This document shows positions 24,943-33,740 of a DNA stretch of 64,000 bases, one piece after another. Location: the NCBI GenBank assembly GCA_021825295.1, contig JAKAHV010000006.1, positions 18,026-82,025 on the forward strand, given 5' to 3'. The position numbers and the translations under genes are program-made. Each line of letters begins with the position of its first letter. Position 1 is the stretch's first letter. The DNA comes from Nitrospirota bacterium. Lineage in GTDB: Bacteria; Nitrospirota; Thermodesulfovibrionia; Thermodesulfovibrionales; JdFR-88. The notes below the pieces were generated by a model that saw only the letters and a list, made by a program, of their open reading frames with translations, had not been told where the DNA came from and made no database searches.

Positions 24943-27900
24943 ATGGGCGTAAACAGGTTTGTAACCGATACGGGCAAAAACATCTCCGCGGTCTTCATCC
25001 GCCGGCCGGTGGCGACCACCCTTATCATGGCCGCCATACTCCTTTTCGGCCTGATAGGGTACAGGCTGCTGCCGGTGAGCGACCTGCCGAACGTGGATTT
25101 CCCCACCATACAGGTGATGGCAAGCCTGCCCGGGGCAAGCCCGGAGACGATGGCCTCGGCCGTGGCCACCCCTCTTGAGCGGCAGTTCTCCACGATTGCC
25201 GGCCTTGATTCGATGACGTCCACAAACGCGCTCGGCAATACACAGATAACGCTCCAGTTCAACCTGAGCAGGAACCTTGACGCCGCCGCCCAGGACGTGC
25301 AGTCCTCGATAGCCGCGGCCGCCAGCGAGCTGCCGCAGGGGATGCCAAGCCCCCCCACATACCAGAAGGTGAACCCGGCGGAGCAGCCAGTATTGTATCT
25401 TGCGGTGCTGTCGCCCACGCTGCCGCTTTCGACGGTCGATGAATACGCCGAGACCCTGATGGCGGAGCGCATCTCGATGGTAAGCGGGGTCGCACAGGTC
25501 TCCGTGTTCGGCTCACAGAAATACGCGGTCCGCATACAGCTTGACCCCAATGCCCTCGCCTCCGAGGGCATTGGCATAAACGATGTGCAGCAGGCGGTCG
25601 CAAACGGGAACGTGAACCTGCCGACCGGGACCCTCTGGGGCCGGCACAAGGCGGTTACGGTACAGGCGACAGGCCAGCTCACCGACGCGAAGGCATACCA
25701 GCCGCTCATCGTGGCCTACAGAAACGGCTCGCCGGTGCGCCTGGGGCAGCTTGGCAACGTGCTGGACAGCGTGGAAAACGACAAGATAGCAAGCTGGTAC
25801 GACGGCCAGCGCGGCATAGTGCTTGCCATCCAGCGCCAGCCCGGCACGAACACCGTGGAGGTGGTGAATTCCATAAAGACGCTCCTGCCGCAACTGAAGG
25901 CGCAGATACCGGCCTCCGTCCAGGTGCACGTCCTCTACGACCGCTCCGCCTCGATAAGGGACTCCGTAAATGACGTGAAGCTTACGCTTTTTATCGCCCT
26001 CTGCCTGGTTGTAATGGTCATATTCCTTTTCCTGAGGAACGTCTCCGCCACCATCATACCGAGCCTTGCGCTGCCGATGTCCATAATAGGCACCTTTGTG
26101 GTCATGTACCTGATGGGCTACAGCCTCGACAACCTCTCCCTCATGGCCCTGACGCTCTCGGTGGGGTTCGTCGTGGACGACGCCATCGTCATGCTCGAAA
26201 ACATCGTGCGGCACAGCGAGCACGGGGAGGGCGTAATGGAGGCCGCGCTCAACGGCTCCAGGGAGATAGGCTTTACGATAGTTTCCATGACCATCTCGCT
26301 TGTGGCGGTCTTTATCCCGGTGCTCTTCATGGGCGGCATAATGGGCAGGCTCCTGCACGAGTTCGCGGTCACGATAAGCATGTCGGTGCTCATCTCCGGG
26401 CTCGTGTCCCTCTCGCTTACCCCCATGCTCACAAGCCGTATACTGAAGCCCGCCTCCGAGGTGCGCCACGGACGCATCTACAACGCTTCGGAGCGGGTGT
26501 TTTCCGGGATGCTCGGCCTGTACGACAGGAGCCTGAAATGGGTCATAAGGCATAAAAGGACGGTCTTCGTGTTCTGGGTGGCGCTGCTGGTGCTGACCCT
26601 GTATTTCTTCAGGATGATGCCAAAGGGGTTTCTCCCCAGCGAGGACACGGGCCAGATATTCGCCTTCACCGAAGCCGCCCAGGGCATATCGTTCGACGCG
26701 ATGAAAAAGCACCAGCATGCCCTCATGGACATAGTCAAAAAAGACCCCTACGTCGAGGCGTTCATGTCCGCCATAGGTCCAAGCGGCATCAGCATAGCCG
26801 AAAACCAGGGGCGCATGTTCATGCGCCTGAAACCCCGCAGCGAGCGGCCAAACGCGGACCGGATAATCCAGGAGCTTCGCCCCAAGCTTGCCGCGGTGCC
26901 GGGGATAAACGTCTTCATGCAGAACCTGCCCCCGATCCGCATAGGCGGCATGCTCACGAAAAGCCAGTACCAGTTCGCCCTGCAGAGCCCGGATACCGGC
27001 CTTCTCTACAGCATAGTGCCCAGGCTCGAGGCCAGGATGAGACGGATACCGGGGCTGCAGGATGTCACGAGCGACCTGGAGATTTCAAACCCCCAGGTGG
27101 ACGTGAGGATCGACAGGGACAAGGCATCCTCCCTGGGGATAAGCGCAAACAATATAGAAAACGCCCTTTACACGGCCTATGGCTCAAGACAGATATCCAC
27201 CATCTACGCCCCGAATGACGAATACAAGGTCATCATGGAGCTTGAGCCCAAATACCAGATGAAACCGGATGCCCTCTCCCTGCTCTACGTGCGCTCCTCG
27301 GCGGGCAACCTCGTCCCGCTCAGCACGGTCGCCAGCCTCACCCAGGACGTGGGGCCCCTCACCATAAACCACATAGGCCAGATACCGGCCGTGACCATCT
27401 CGTTCAACCTGAAACCGGGGGTTTCCCTGGGAGACGCGGTGGCGAAGGTGAAAAAGCTTGCCGCGCAGATGATACCCCCGACCATCACGACCAGCTTCCA
27501 GGGAACCGCTCAGGCGTTCGAGTCCTCCATCAGGGGGCTTGGCATCCTGCTTGTCGTGGCGATACTCGTCATCTACATAGTCCTTGGGATTCTCTACGAG
27601 AGCTACATACATCCGCTCACGATACTCTCCGGCCTTCCGGCGGCCGGCTTCGGCGCGCTCCTGACGCTCTACCTGTTCCATATGGACCTGAACATCTACG
27701 CCTTCGTCGGAATAATCATGCTCATCGGGATAGTGAAGAAAAACGCGATCATGATGATAGACTTCGCCCTCGACGCCGAAAGAAACGAGGGGAAATCCTC
27801 CGCCGAGGCCATCTACCAGGGATGCCTGATACGTTTCCGCCCGATAATGATGACGTCGATGGCCGCCCTGATGGGCACGCTGCCCATAGCCATCGGCTTT

Positions 27901-28044
27901 GGCTCGGGGTCCGGGTCGCGCCGCCCCCTGGGGCTTGCGGTCGTGGGCGGGCTGATATTCTCCCAGATGATAACGCTCTATATCACTCCGGTCATCTACA
28001 TCTATCTGGACAAATTTCAGCACAAGCTGGCAAAAAAGAAATAG
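24943..28044 (+). CDS. RND efflux permease (AcrB/MdtB-like)
   Basis: A 1033-aa, 12-TM protein with 'FIRRPVATTLIM' at the N-terminus and conserved RND blocks throughout. Confidence 0.92.
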   Translation: MGVNRFVTDTGKNISAVFIRRPVATTLIMAAILLFGLIGYRLLPVSDLPNVDFPTIQVMASLPGASPETMASAVATPLERQFSTIAGLDSMTSTNALGNTQITLQFNLSRNLDAAAQDVQSSIAAAASELPQGMPSPPTYQKVNPAEQPVLYLAVLSPTLPLSTVDEYAETLMAERISMVSGVAQVSVFGSQKYAVRIQLDPNALASEGIGINDVQQAVANGNVNLPTGTLWGRHKAVTVQATGQLTDAKAYQPLIVAYRNGSPVRLGQLGNVLDSVENDKIASWYDGQRGIVLAIQRQPGTNTVEVVNSIKTLLPQLKAQIPASVQVHVLYDRSASIRDSVNDVKLTLFIALCLVVMVIFLFLRNVSATIIPSLALPMSIIGTFVVMYLMGYSLDNLSLMALTLSVGFVVDDAIVMLENIVRHSEHGEGVMEAALNGSREIGFTIVSMTISLVAVFIPVLFMGGIMGRLLHEFAVTISMSVLISGLVSLSLTPMLTSRILKPASEVRHGRIYNASERVFSGMLGLYDRSLKWVIRHKRTVFVFWVALLVLTLYFFRMMPKGFLPSEDTGQIFAFTEAAQGISFDAMKKHQHALMDIVKKDPYVEAFMSAIGPSGISIAENQGRMFMRLKPRSERPNADRIIQELRPKLAAVPGINVFMQNLPPIRIGGMLTKSQYQFALQSPDTGLLYSIVPRLEARMRRIPGLQDVTSDLEISNPQVDVRIDRDKASSLGISANNIENALYTAYGSRQISTIYAPNDEYKVIMELEPKYQMKPDALSLLYVRSSAGNLVPLSTVASLTQDVGPLTINHIGQIPAVTISFNLKPGVSLGDAVAKVKKLAAQMIPPTITTSFQGTAQAFESSIRGLGILLVVAILVIYIVLGILYESYIHPLTILSGLPAAGFGALLTLYLFHMDLNIYAFVGIIMLIGIVKKNAIMMIDFALDAERNEGKSSAEAIYQGCLIRFRPIMMTSMAALMGTLPIAIGFGSGSGSRRPLGLAVVGGLIFSQMITLYITPVIYIYLDKFQHKLAKKK

Positions 28045-28058
28045 GCCCTATTTTTTGG

Positions 28059-28088
28059 TTGACATATCCTTTTGCCTGTTTTTATACT
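28059..28088 (+). promoter_or_regulatory. Promoter (TTGACA-18-TATACT) giving a ~255-nt leader upstream of the NRAMP-related gene
   Basis: The consensus -35 lies at 28059..28064 and the -10 at 28083..28088. Confidence 0.5.
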
Positions 28089-28347
28089 TCTTGAAACTAC
28101 GTTTTATTTACGCGCTTAAAAGGAGGTGATGTTAATGGACGGCGGCCCATGTAGCCATAGTAGAAGGCCAGAAGGCAACAGGACGATGGGGCGGAGTCCA
28201 TTGCTCACCTCGATGCCCGGCATCCTCCGATAATCTCCATCCCCTGGCCGGGTCCGGACCGGGCCCGCGCAAAAACAAAAGTGCGTCCGCCTTTGCCGGC
28301 CTTTTTCCCTTTCGTAATCAACCGATTCCGTATGGAGCGCATGTGTA

Positions 28348-29619
28348 ATGAACATTTTTACCAGGTCTTATTACATATATCGCCGGCTGCTCAAGGCGGT
28401 CCGGCTCTTTCTGCTTGCGGCAGGCCCCGGCATAATCGTGATGGTGGCCGACAACGACGCCGGGGGCATCACCACTTACACGGTGACCGGGGCCAAGTAC
28501 GGTATGAACCTGCTTTGGTTCCTGATACTGCTTGGCCCCGTCGCCTATTACGTGCAGGAGATGACGGTCCGGCTGGGCGCGGTCACCAAGCGAGGGCACG
28601 CGGAGGCGATTTTCTCCGCGTTCGGGCGGTTCTGGGGCTGGTTCTCGCTTCTGGATTTGGTCCTCACCGACTGGCTCACGATGATAACCGAGTTCATAGG
28701 CATGACGGCCGCCCTCTCCATCTTCCACGTTCCCCGGCTTCTGACGGTTGTGATCGTCTGGCTCGTCATGGGAGGCATGATATTCAGCGGGCGCTACTGG
28801 ACATGGGAGAAGATCGCCCTGCTGTTTTGCGCGGTCAACCTGGTCTATATCCCGGCAGCCTTCATAGTCCATCCGTCGATAAAGGACATCGCCTTCAACA
28901 GCTTTGTTCCGCATTTCCCGCCCGGCGGGTTCACAAACGAGCTTTTTTTCCTCCTGATGGCGAATATCGGCACTACGATAGCCCCGTGGATGCTCTTTTT
29001 CCAGCAGAGCTCCGTCGTGGACAAGGGGCTGCACGAGAAGGACATAGCCTTTGGAAAGATCGACACAGCCATCGGCGCGGTCTTTACCGTCGTGGTGGCG
29101 ATGGTCCTCATAATCGTCACCGGCAGGCTGATCTTCGGGCAGCCGGTGGACGACGCCGCCGTGGCGGCCAGGCACATCATGCCCATAAGCCGGACCATAG
29201 GCACCCTGATAGCGATAGGCCTTTTTGACGCCGGCCTCCTGGGGGCGATCTGCATCTCGCTTGCAAGCTCCTGGGCCTTCGGGGAGATCTTCGGCTGGGC
29301 TCATTCCCTGAACAACAAGGTCAAGGAGGCCCCCTGGTTCTATGCCTATTATTTCTTCACCCTCATCCTGGCCGGCACCGTAGTGCTGATACCGGGCGCG
29401 CCGCTCGTCCTCATTACCCTGTTTGTCCAGGTCATAGCCACCACCCTGCTGCCGGCCGCCCTCGTCTTCCTGATACTGCTTCTGAACGACAAAAAGACAA
29501 TGGGCGAGCACGTCAACACGCGATGGCAGAATACCGTCAACATAGGCATAGTAGCCGTAATCGTCATCATCTCAGCCATGTACGGCATCAGTACGCTTTT
29601 CCCGGATATGTTTAAATAA
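28348..29619 (+). CDS. NRAMP-related divalent cation transporter with a non-canonical metal-site motif
   Basis: It has the NRAMP fold (GPGIIVMVADNDAGGITTYTVTGAKYGMNLLW). TM1 reads D-A-G-G in place of DPGN. TM6 reads 'GTTIAPWMLFFQQS' in place of 'MPH'. Confidence 0.85.
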   Translation: MNIFTRSYYIYRRLLKAVRLFLLAAGPGIIVMVADNDAGGITTYTVTGAKYGMNLLWFLILLGPVAYYVQEMTVRLGAVTKRGHAEAIFSAFGRFWGWFSLLDLVLTDWLTMITEFIGMTAALSIFHVPRLLTVVIVWLVMGGMIFSGRYWTWEKIALLFCAVNLVYIPAAFIVHPSIKDIAFNSFVPHFPPGGFTNELFFLLMANIGTTIAPWMLFFQQSSVVDKGLHEKDIAFGKIDTAIGAVFTVVVAMVLIIVTGRLIFGQPVDDAAVAARHIMPISRTIGTLIAIGLFDAGLLGAICISLASSWAFGEIFGWAHSLNNKVKEAPWFYAYYFFTLILAGTVVLIPGAPLVLITLFVQVIATTLLPAALVFLILLLNDKKTMGEHVNTRWQNTVNIGIVAVIVIISAMYGISTLFPDMFK

Positions 29620-29634
29620 TAGAAGGAGGCCGCA

Positions 29635-29811
29635 ATGCTCAGAAGCATCTTCAGCAACAGCTACGCGAAGGTCCGCGAGATAAACGACAAGTACAAAACG
29701 CCAGGCATAGAGATGTCCGGCGGGGTGAAATTCGCGCTGCTGGCATTGCGGCTCTATCTTATAGCGCTCATAGGCCTGTCGCTTTACAAATTCATAACCC
29801 TGCTAAAATGA
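29635..29811 (+). CDS. 58-aa single-TM protein
   Basis: This ORF is below the track cutoff. A GAAGGAGG SD sits 6 nt upstream of the ATG. It translates to MLRSIFSNSYAKVREINDKYKTPGIEMSGGVKFALLALRLYLIALIGLSLYKFITLLK. Its stop overlaps the next start (ATGA). Confidence 0.5.
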   Translation: MLRSIFSNSYAKVREINDKYKTPGIEMSGGVKFALLALRLYLIALIGLSLYKFITLLK

Positions 29812-31103
29812 CCGGAGGAACCATGAACACCGCCACGGATAAGAAGCAGGAACCGGCCGGGGCCGTATATTTCCTCTCCGACATCATAGGCACAAAGATC
29901 TTCACCGCGGGCGGCAGAAAGATAGGGAAGCTGCGGGACATCGCCATACGCGAAGACGAAAGACTGCCCGTAGTGACCCATTTTATCGTCAAAAGGCCGT
30001 TCGGCGCAAGACCCCTGCTCATACCCTGGGCGAAGGTCGTGGAAGTCAATCCCGGGAAAATCGTGGCCGGCATCGAATCCGCAGGGCCCTATGAAGGCGA
30101 ACCGGACCCCTCACAGGTGCTTTTAAACGACCACGTCCTCGACAAGAAGGTCCTGGACCTGGACGACAACGAGATAGATGTGGTCTACGACATAAAGCTC
30201 GTCCTCAGAAACCGCGTGCTCTACGTCACCGACGTTGACTTCAGCCGGTACGCGCTGTTCAAGAGGCTCGGACTCAAGCCGGTGATGAAACTCTTCCTCG
30301 GCGGCACCGCGCTCATGAAGAAAGAGACCCTCTCCTGGTCCTACGTGCAGCCGCTGCCCGAGGACATAGGCAGGTTCAGGGGCAACGTCAAGCTGAAGGT
30401 CCTCAAGGAGAAACTCCCGGAGATACACCCCGTGGACCTGGCCGACATCCTGGAGGAGCTGACGCAGGAGCAGCGGCTCGCCATCTTCAACGAACTGGAG
30501 ACAGAGCACGCCTCGGACACCCTGGAGGAGATCGAGCCCAGGGTCCAGAGGGAGCTGATCTCCTCCATCAGGAAGGAGAGGGCCGCCGAGCTTATCAATG
30601 ACATGACCCCGGCCCAGGCCGCCGATATCCTGGCCATACTGCCCGCGGCCGAGGCCGACGAGATAATGAAGCTCATGGACAGGGAGAACGTCCAGAAGAT
30701 AGAGTTCATGCTGGAAAAACACGAGGAGAAGATCATCAACTTCTCGACTTCGCATTTCATCAAGCTGCCGCCCTATATGAAGGCCGGCGAGGTCATGCTC
30801 CAGTTCCGCGAGATCGCCATCGACAAGGACGAGATCATGTACATCTACATAGTGAGCGCAAACGACGCCCTGCTGGGCGTAGTCGACCTGAAGGAGGTCC
30901 TGAAGGCGAAGCCTGAGGAGAGGCTCGACGAGATCATGACGGCAAACGTCATCAGCCTGAACCCCGAAAACACGCTGCTTGAGGCCTCCGAGATGTTTTC
31001 CAGGTACAGTTTCCGCGCCATCCCAATCACCGGAGAAAACGACGTGATCCTGGGCGTCGTCCCCTACCGGGACATCATGAACCTCAAGCACCGTTTCGTC
31101 TGA
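29808..31103 (+). CDS. Soluble PRC-barrel / MgtE N-domain / CBS-pair protein (no membrane domain)
   Basis: It has a PRC-like N-terminus, an MgtE_N-like acidic helical region ('HPVDLADILEELTQEQRLAIFNELE...') and tandem CBS domains. It ends without the 5 TM helices of full-length MgtE. Confidence 0.8.
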   Translation: MTGGTMNTATDKKQEPAGAVYFLSDIIGTKIFTAGGRKIGKLRDIAIREDERLPVVTHFIVKRPFGARPLLIPWAKVVEVNPGKIVAGIESAGPYEGEPDPSQVLLNDHVLDKKVLDLDDNEIDVVYDIKLVLRNRVLYVTDVDFSRYALFKRLGLKPVMKLFLGGTALMKKETLSWSYVQPLPEDIGRFRGNVKLKVLKEKLPEIHPVDLADILEELTQEQRLAIFNELETEHASDTLEEIEPRVQRELISSIRKERAAELINDMTPAQAADILAILPAAEADEIMKLMDRENVQKIEFMLEKHEEKIINFSTSHFIKLPPYMKAGEVMLQFREIAIDKDEIMYIYIVSANDALLGVVDLKEVLKAKPEERLDEIMTANVISLNPENTLLEASEMFSRYSFRAIPITGENDVILGVVPYRDIMNLKHRFV

Positions 31104-31123
31104 CGGAGAATCCGCATCCCGGG

Positions 31124-31325
31124 CTGCGTCAGATTTGCGGGGCAAGTCGGGGCATCCGCCCGCTCCTTCCGATCAGCGCGCGGTTCCGGGCGTAAGTCCC
31201 GCCGCGGCGGGATTGCCGCCAGGGGCGAGTATCAAGCCATTGTCAAGATGCGGCACGCCGTGATCCGTCCGCTCTTCGCTTCTCTCCAGGAACAGGCGGA
31301 TGCCAGCCCCACAGATCTGAAGCAG
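31124..31325. repeat. X-family MITE-like element (X1), about 20-bp terminal inverted repeats
   Basis: The TIRs are CTGCGTCAGATTTGCGGGGC and GCCCCACAGATCTGAAGCAG. The element is homologous to 54570..54739. Confidence 0.75.
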
Positions 31326-31339
31326 CCCGGGGGAAGCTA

Positions 31340-31474
31340 AGAACCTATCTCAAAAACAATTTTGAAGCGAAAGAGAGAGGAAATCCTGGCAGACAAGGAA
31401 GAAAGGGGAAATCGCCCGGAGGCGCAGCAGTCCCGCCATGGTGGACAGCCAGAAGCGATTTTGAGATAGGTTCT
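31340..31474. repeat. Y-family MITE-like element (Y1, internally deleted copy)
   Basis: The TIRs are AGAACCTATCTCAAAA and TTTTGAGATAGGTTCT. It is homologous to 42833..43020 but about 55 bp shorter. Confidence 0.75.
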
Positions 31475-31514
31475 AGATTGACTTTCATCACCGCTTCTGA
31501 TTAAATGTACTCAG

Positions 31515-31810
31515 GCTTACAGGCGCCCTAAACAGAAAAGGGCATAACAGGGAATCCCGTGGAAATCGGGAGCGGTCCCGCCGCTGTAACCGGGGACAAG
31601 AGCCTTCAGCAAAGCCACTGTGCCTTATCAAGGGCATGGGAAGGCGAAGGTGAGGATGAACCGGGAGCCAGAAGACCTGCCTGTGGGCAATCAGAGAAAG
31701 AACTTCTCGCGGAAGAAGTTGGGGCGGGGATGGTAAACCCGTCCGCAAGGGATGAAGCAAACTGGGTGCAATCCCGATGGTCCAAACGCCATCGGGATTT
31801 TTTATTTTTA
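31515..31810 (+). promoter_or_regulatory. Cobalamin (B12) riboswitch with a terminator expression platform
   Basis: It carries the conserved core 'AACAGGGAATCCCGTGGAAATCGGGAGCGGTCCCGCCGCTGTAACC', the B12 box 'AAGCCACTG', 'GGGAAGGCG' and 'GAGCCAGAAGACCTGCC'. It lies upstream of cbiMNQO. Confidence 0.85.
31770..31810 (+). terminator. Intrinsic terminator of the B12 riboswitch
   Basis: The stem AATCCCGATGG / CCATCGGGATT is followed by TTTTTATTTTT. Confidence 0.7.
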
Positions 31811-31918
31811 AGGCCCCGGATTTCTTGTTTTTAAAGTTTGATCAGGCGGAAGATTGCAACTGGAATTAAAAACGGGCTGGTGGCCCTGACAAAACCGCGG
31901 TTCTTACAAGGAGGAATT

Positions 31919-32617
31919 ATGCACATCGAAGACGGGATTCTGCCGCCCAGGGCGTGGGGGTTCTGGTATGGCGTCACGATGCTCTTCATCATTCCTGGCG
32001 TAAGGGAAATCAAGCGGCGGGTGCGGGAGAACCTTGCATACAAGCCGTTTCTCGCCATGATCGGGGTCGCCGTATTCGTGATCTCCGCAATGCATCTGCC
32101 GGTCCCGGTGACCGGCTCCTGTTCCCATCCATGCGGAACGCCGCTTGCGGCAATAGTTGCAGGCCCGTTTGCAACGGCAGTGATATCCGCCATAGTGCTT
32201 TTCTTTCAGGCCTTGTTCCTGGGGCACGGCGGCATCACCACCATAGGGGCCAACGATTTTTCCATGGGCATAGCCGGAGGAATTTCAGGCTACCTCTGCT
32301 GGAAAATCCTCAGGCGTTTCAATTTCCCCTTATGGCTTGCGGGCGGCATCGCCGGTTTTGCGGGCGACGTGATGACGTACCTGACATCCGCCTTCGAGCT
32401 GGCCCTGAGCCTTCACGGCCATGTCCCGCTGGTCAGGCAATGGATGGTTTTCTTCGCGGGGTACGGTCCGACCCAGTTGCCGCTGGCCATTGCCGAGGCC
32501 GTTTTCACCGCCGCCGTGTTACAGGTTATGTACAGCCGCCGTCCGGATTTATTGCCCGGCGTAACCGGCGGGAAAAGGTTTAACGGAATCGGGAAAGCGG
32601 AGACGGAGGGATATTAG
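31919..32617 (+). CDS. cbiM: Cobalt ECF transporter substrate-capture component CbiM
   Basis: The start is at MHIEDGILPP after an AAGGAGG SD. The track ORF starts 27 codons too early. Confidence 0.9.
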   Translation: MHIEDGILPPRAWGFWYGVTMLFIIPGVREIKRRVRENLAYKPFLAMIGVAVFVISAMHLPVPVTGSCSHPCGTPLAAIVAGPFATAVISAIVLFFQALFLGHGGITTIGANDFSMGIAGGISGYLCWKILRRFNFPLWLAGGIAGFAGDVMTYLTSAFELALSLHGHVPLVRQWMVFFAGYGPTQLPLAIAEAVFTAAVLQVMYSRRPDLLPGVTGGKRFNGIGKAETEGY

Positions 32618-32620
32618 AAC

Positions 32621-32941
32621 ATGAAAACGGATAATGACGGAATGGCGGAAAATGCAGAATGGTTTGATCCCTTTACGCGCTGGATGCTGATAATAATGTT
32701 CGCCCTGCTGGCGATAATTTTTATCGCGGCCAAATACATGGACATGCATGGCATGCAGGGCGGCGGCACGGACGATACGGTGAACGCCATGGCCTCCCTG
32801 GCTGCCCATGCAAAATCTCATCCTTTCATCGATCTGCCCGGGGATGCCGAGGTCGGGGCCTTTTCCGTGGCCAACTTCTTCGCCGGAATGATTGTGGGAC
32901 ACAACTGGAAGAAGCTGTTTGAACGGGGCAAGGAGGATTAG
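32621..32941 (+). CDS. cbiN: Cobalt transport protein CbiN-like
   Basis: A small two-TM protein in the cbiM-cbiQ position with the 'GTDD...' motif. It is somewhat divergent. Confidence 0.7.
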   Translation: MKTDNDGMAENAEWFDPFTRWMLIIMFALLAIIFIAAKYMDMHGMQGGGTDDTVNAMASLAAHAKSHPFIDLPGDAEVGAFSVANFFAGMIVGHNWKKLFERGKED

Positions 32942-32942
32942 C

Positions 32943-33737
32943 ATGCAATGCGCCGCGTATAACGGGCTGCCGGGCACTACTTATCTCCACCGGCTGGACG
33001 GGAGAATCAAGACAATCGTTCTTTTGGGCGCCATAGTCATTGTGAGTGTCCTGACCAGATGGCCCTTTGTGGCCGGCGCCTTGCTTGCCACCCTGGCGCT
33101 TATGTTTACGCTTCGGCTGCCGCTGAAAAGGGTGCTATGGCGCATGTCCGTCCCCTTCGGCGTGGCCTGGCTGGTTCTCCTGAGCCTGATATTCAGCACC
33201 GGCCATACGGTCATAGGCGTAATCACTTTCCGGCATATTTCCATGCCGGTTTACCGTGAAGGTCTTGACCTTGGTTTCCTGATCATGCTCCGGGTCCTCG
33301 CGGCAGTCTCCCTGGCCATGCTGCTTTCCTTCTCGACCCCGATGGCCGAGATCCTGGCCACTTTACGCCTTCTTAAAGTGCCCGGGTTGATCCTGGACCT
33401 GGCGGACATGATTTACCGTTACGCGTTCTCTTTGGGCGAAATTGCCGCTACCATGCGAAAGGCCCAGCGCGCCAGAGGCGGCGAAGGGCTGCCGTGGCGC
33501 AGGCAGGCAAGGGACGCAGGAATGGTTGCCGGGAATCTGATGGTAAAGGCCTTTGACCGCAGTGTCAGTATTTATAAGGCCATGCTGGCCCGGGGGTATG
33601 ACGAGGACGCCAAAACGCCGCCCTATTATACCGGTCCCGTTCCGGCAAAGGACCTCCTGGCAGGTGTTCTGGCCGGCCTGGTCCTGCTACTGCTGCTCGT
33701 CTGCAACCTTTCAACCGGCTGGAAAGGATACTCATAA
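32943..33737 (+). CDS. cbiQ: ECF transporter transmembrane (T) component CbiQ
   Basis: The start is at MQCAAYNG, 1 nt after the cbiN stop. It carries the 'LHRLDGRIK' and 'ARGY' motifs. Confidence 0.85.
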   Translation: MQCAAYNGLPGTTYLHRLDGRIKTIVLLGAIVIVSVLTRWPFVAGALLATLALMFTLRLPLKRVLWRMSVPFGVAWLVLLSLIFSTGHTVIGVITFRHISMPVYREGLDLGFLIMLRVLAAVSLAMLLSFSTPMAEILATLRLLKVPGLILDLADMIYRYAFSLGEIAATMRKAQRARGGEGLPWRRQARDAGMVAGNLMVKAFDRSVSIYKAMLARGYDEDAKTPPYYTGPVPAKDLLAGVLAGLVLLLLLVCNLSTGWKGYS

Positions 33738-33740
33738 AAA

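Noticed and set aside
28089-28347. A known Mn2+ (yybP-ykoY) or Mg2+ (M-box) riboswitch upstream of the NRAMP-related gene.
   Set aside because: I could not find the conserved cores of either class in the leader by eye. I kept it only as an unassigned leader, pending an Infernal scan.
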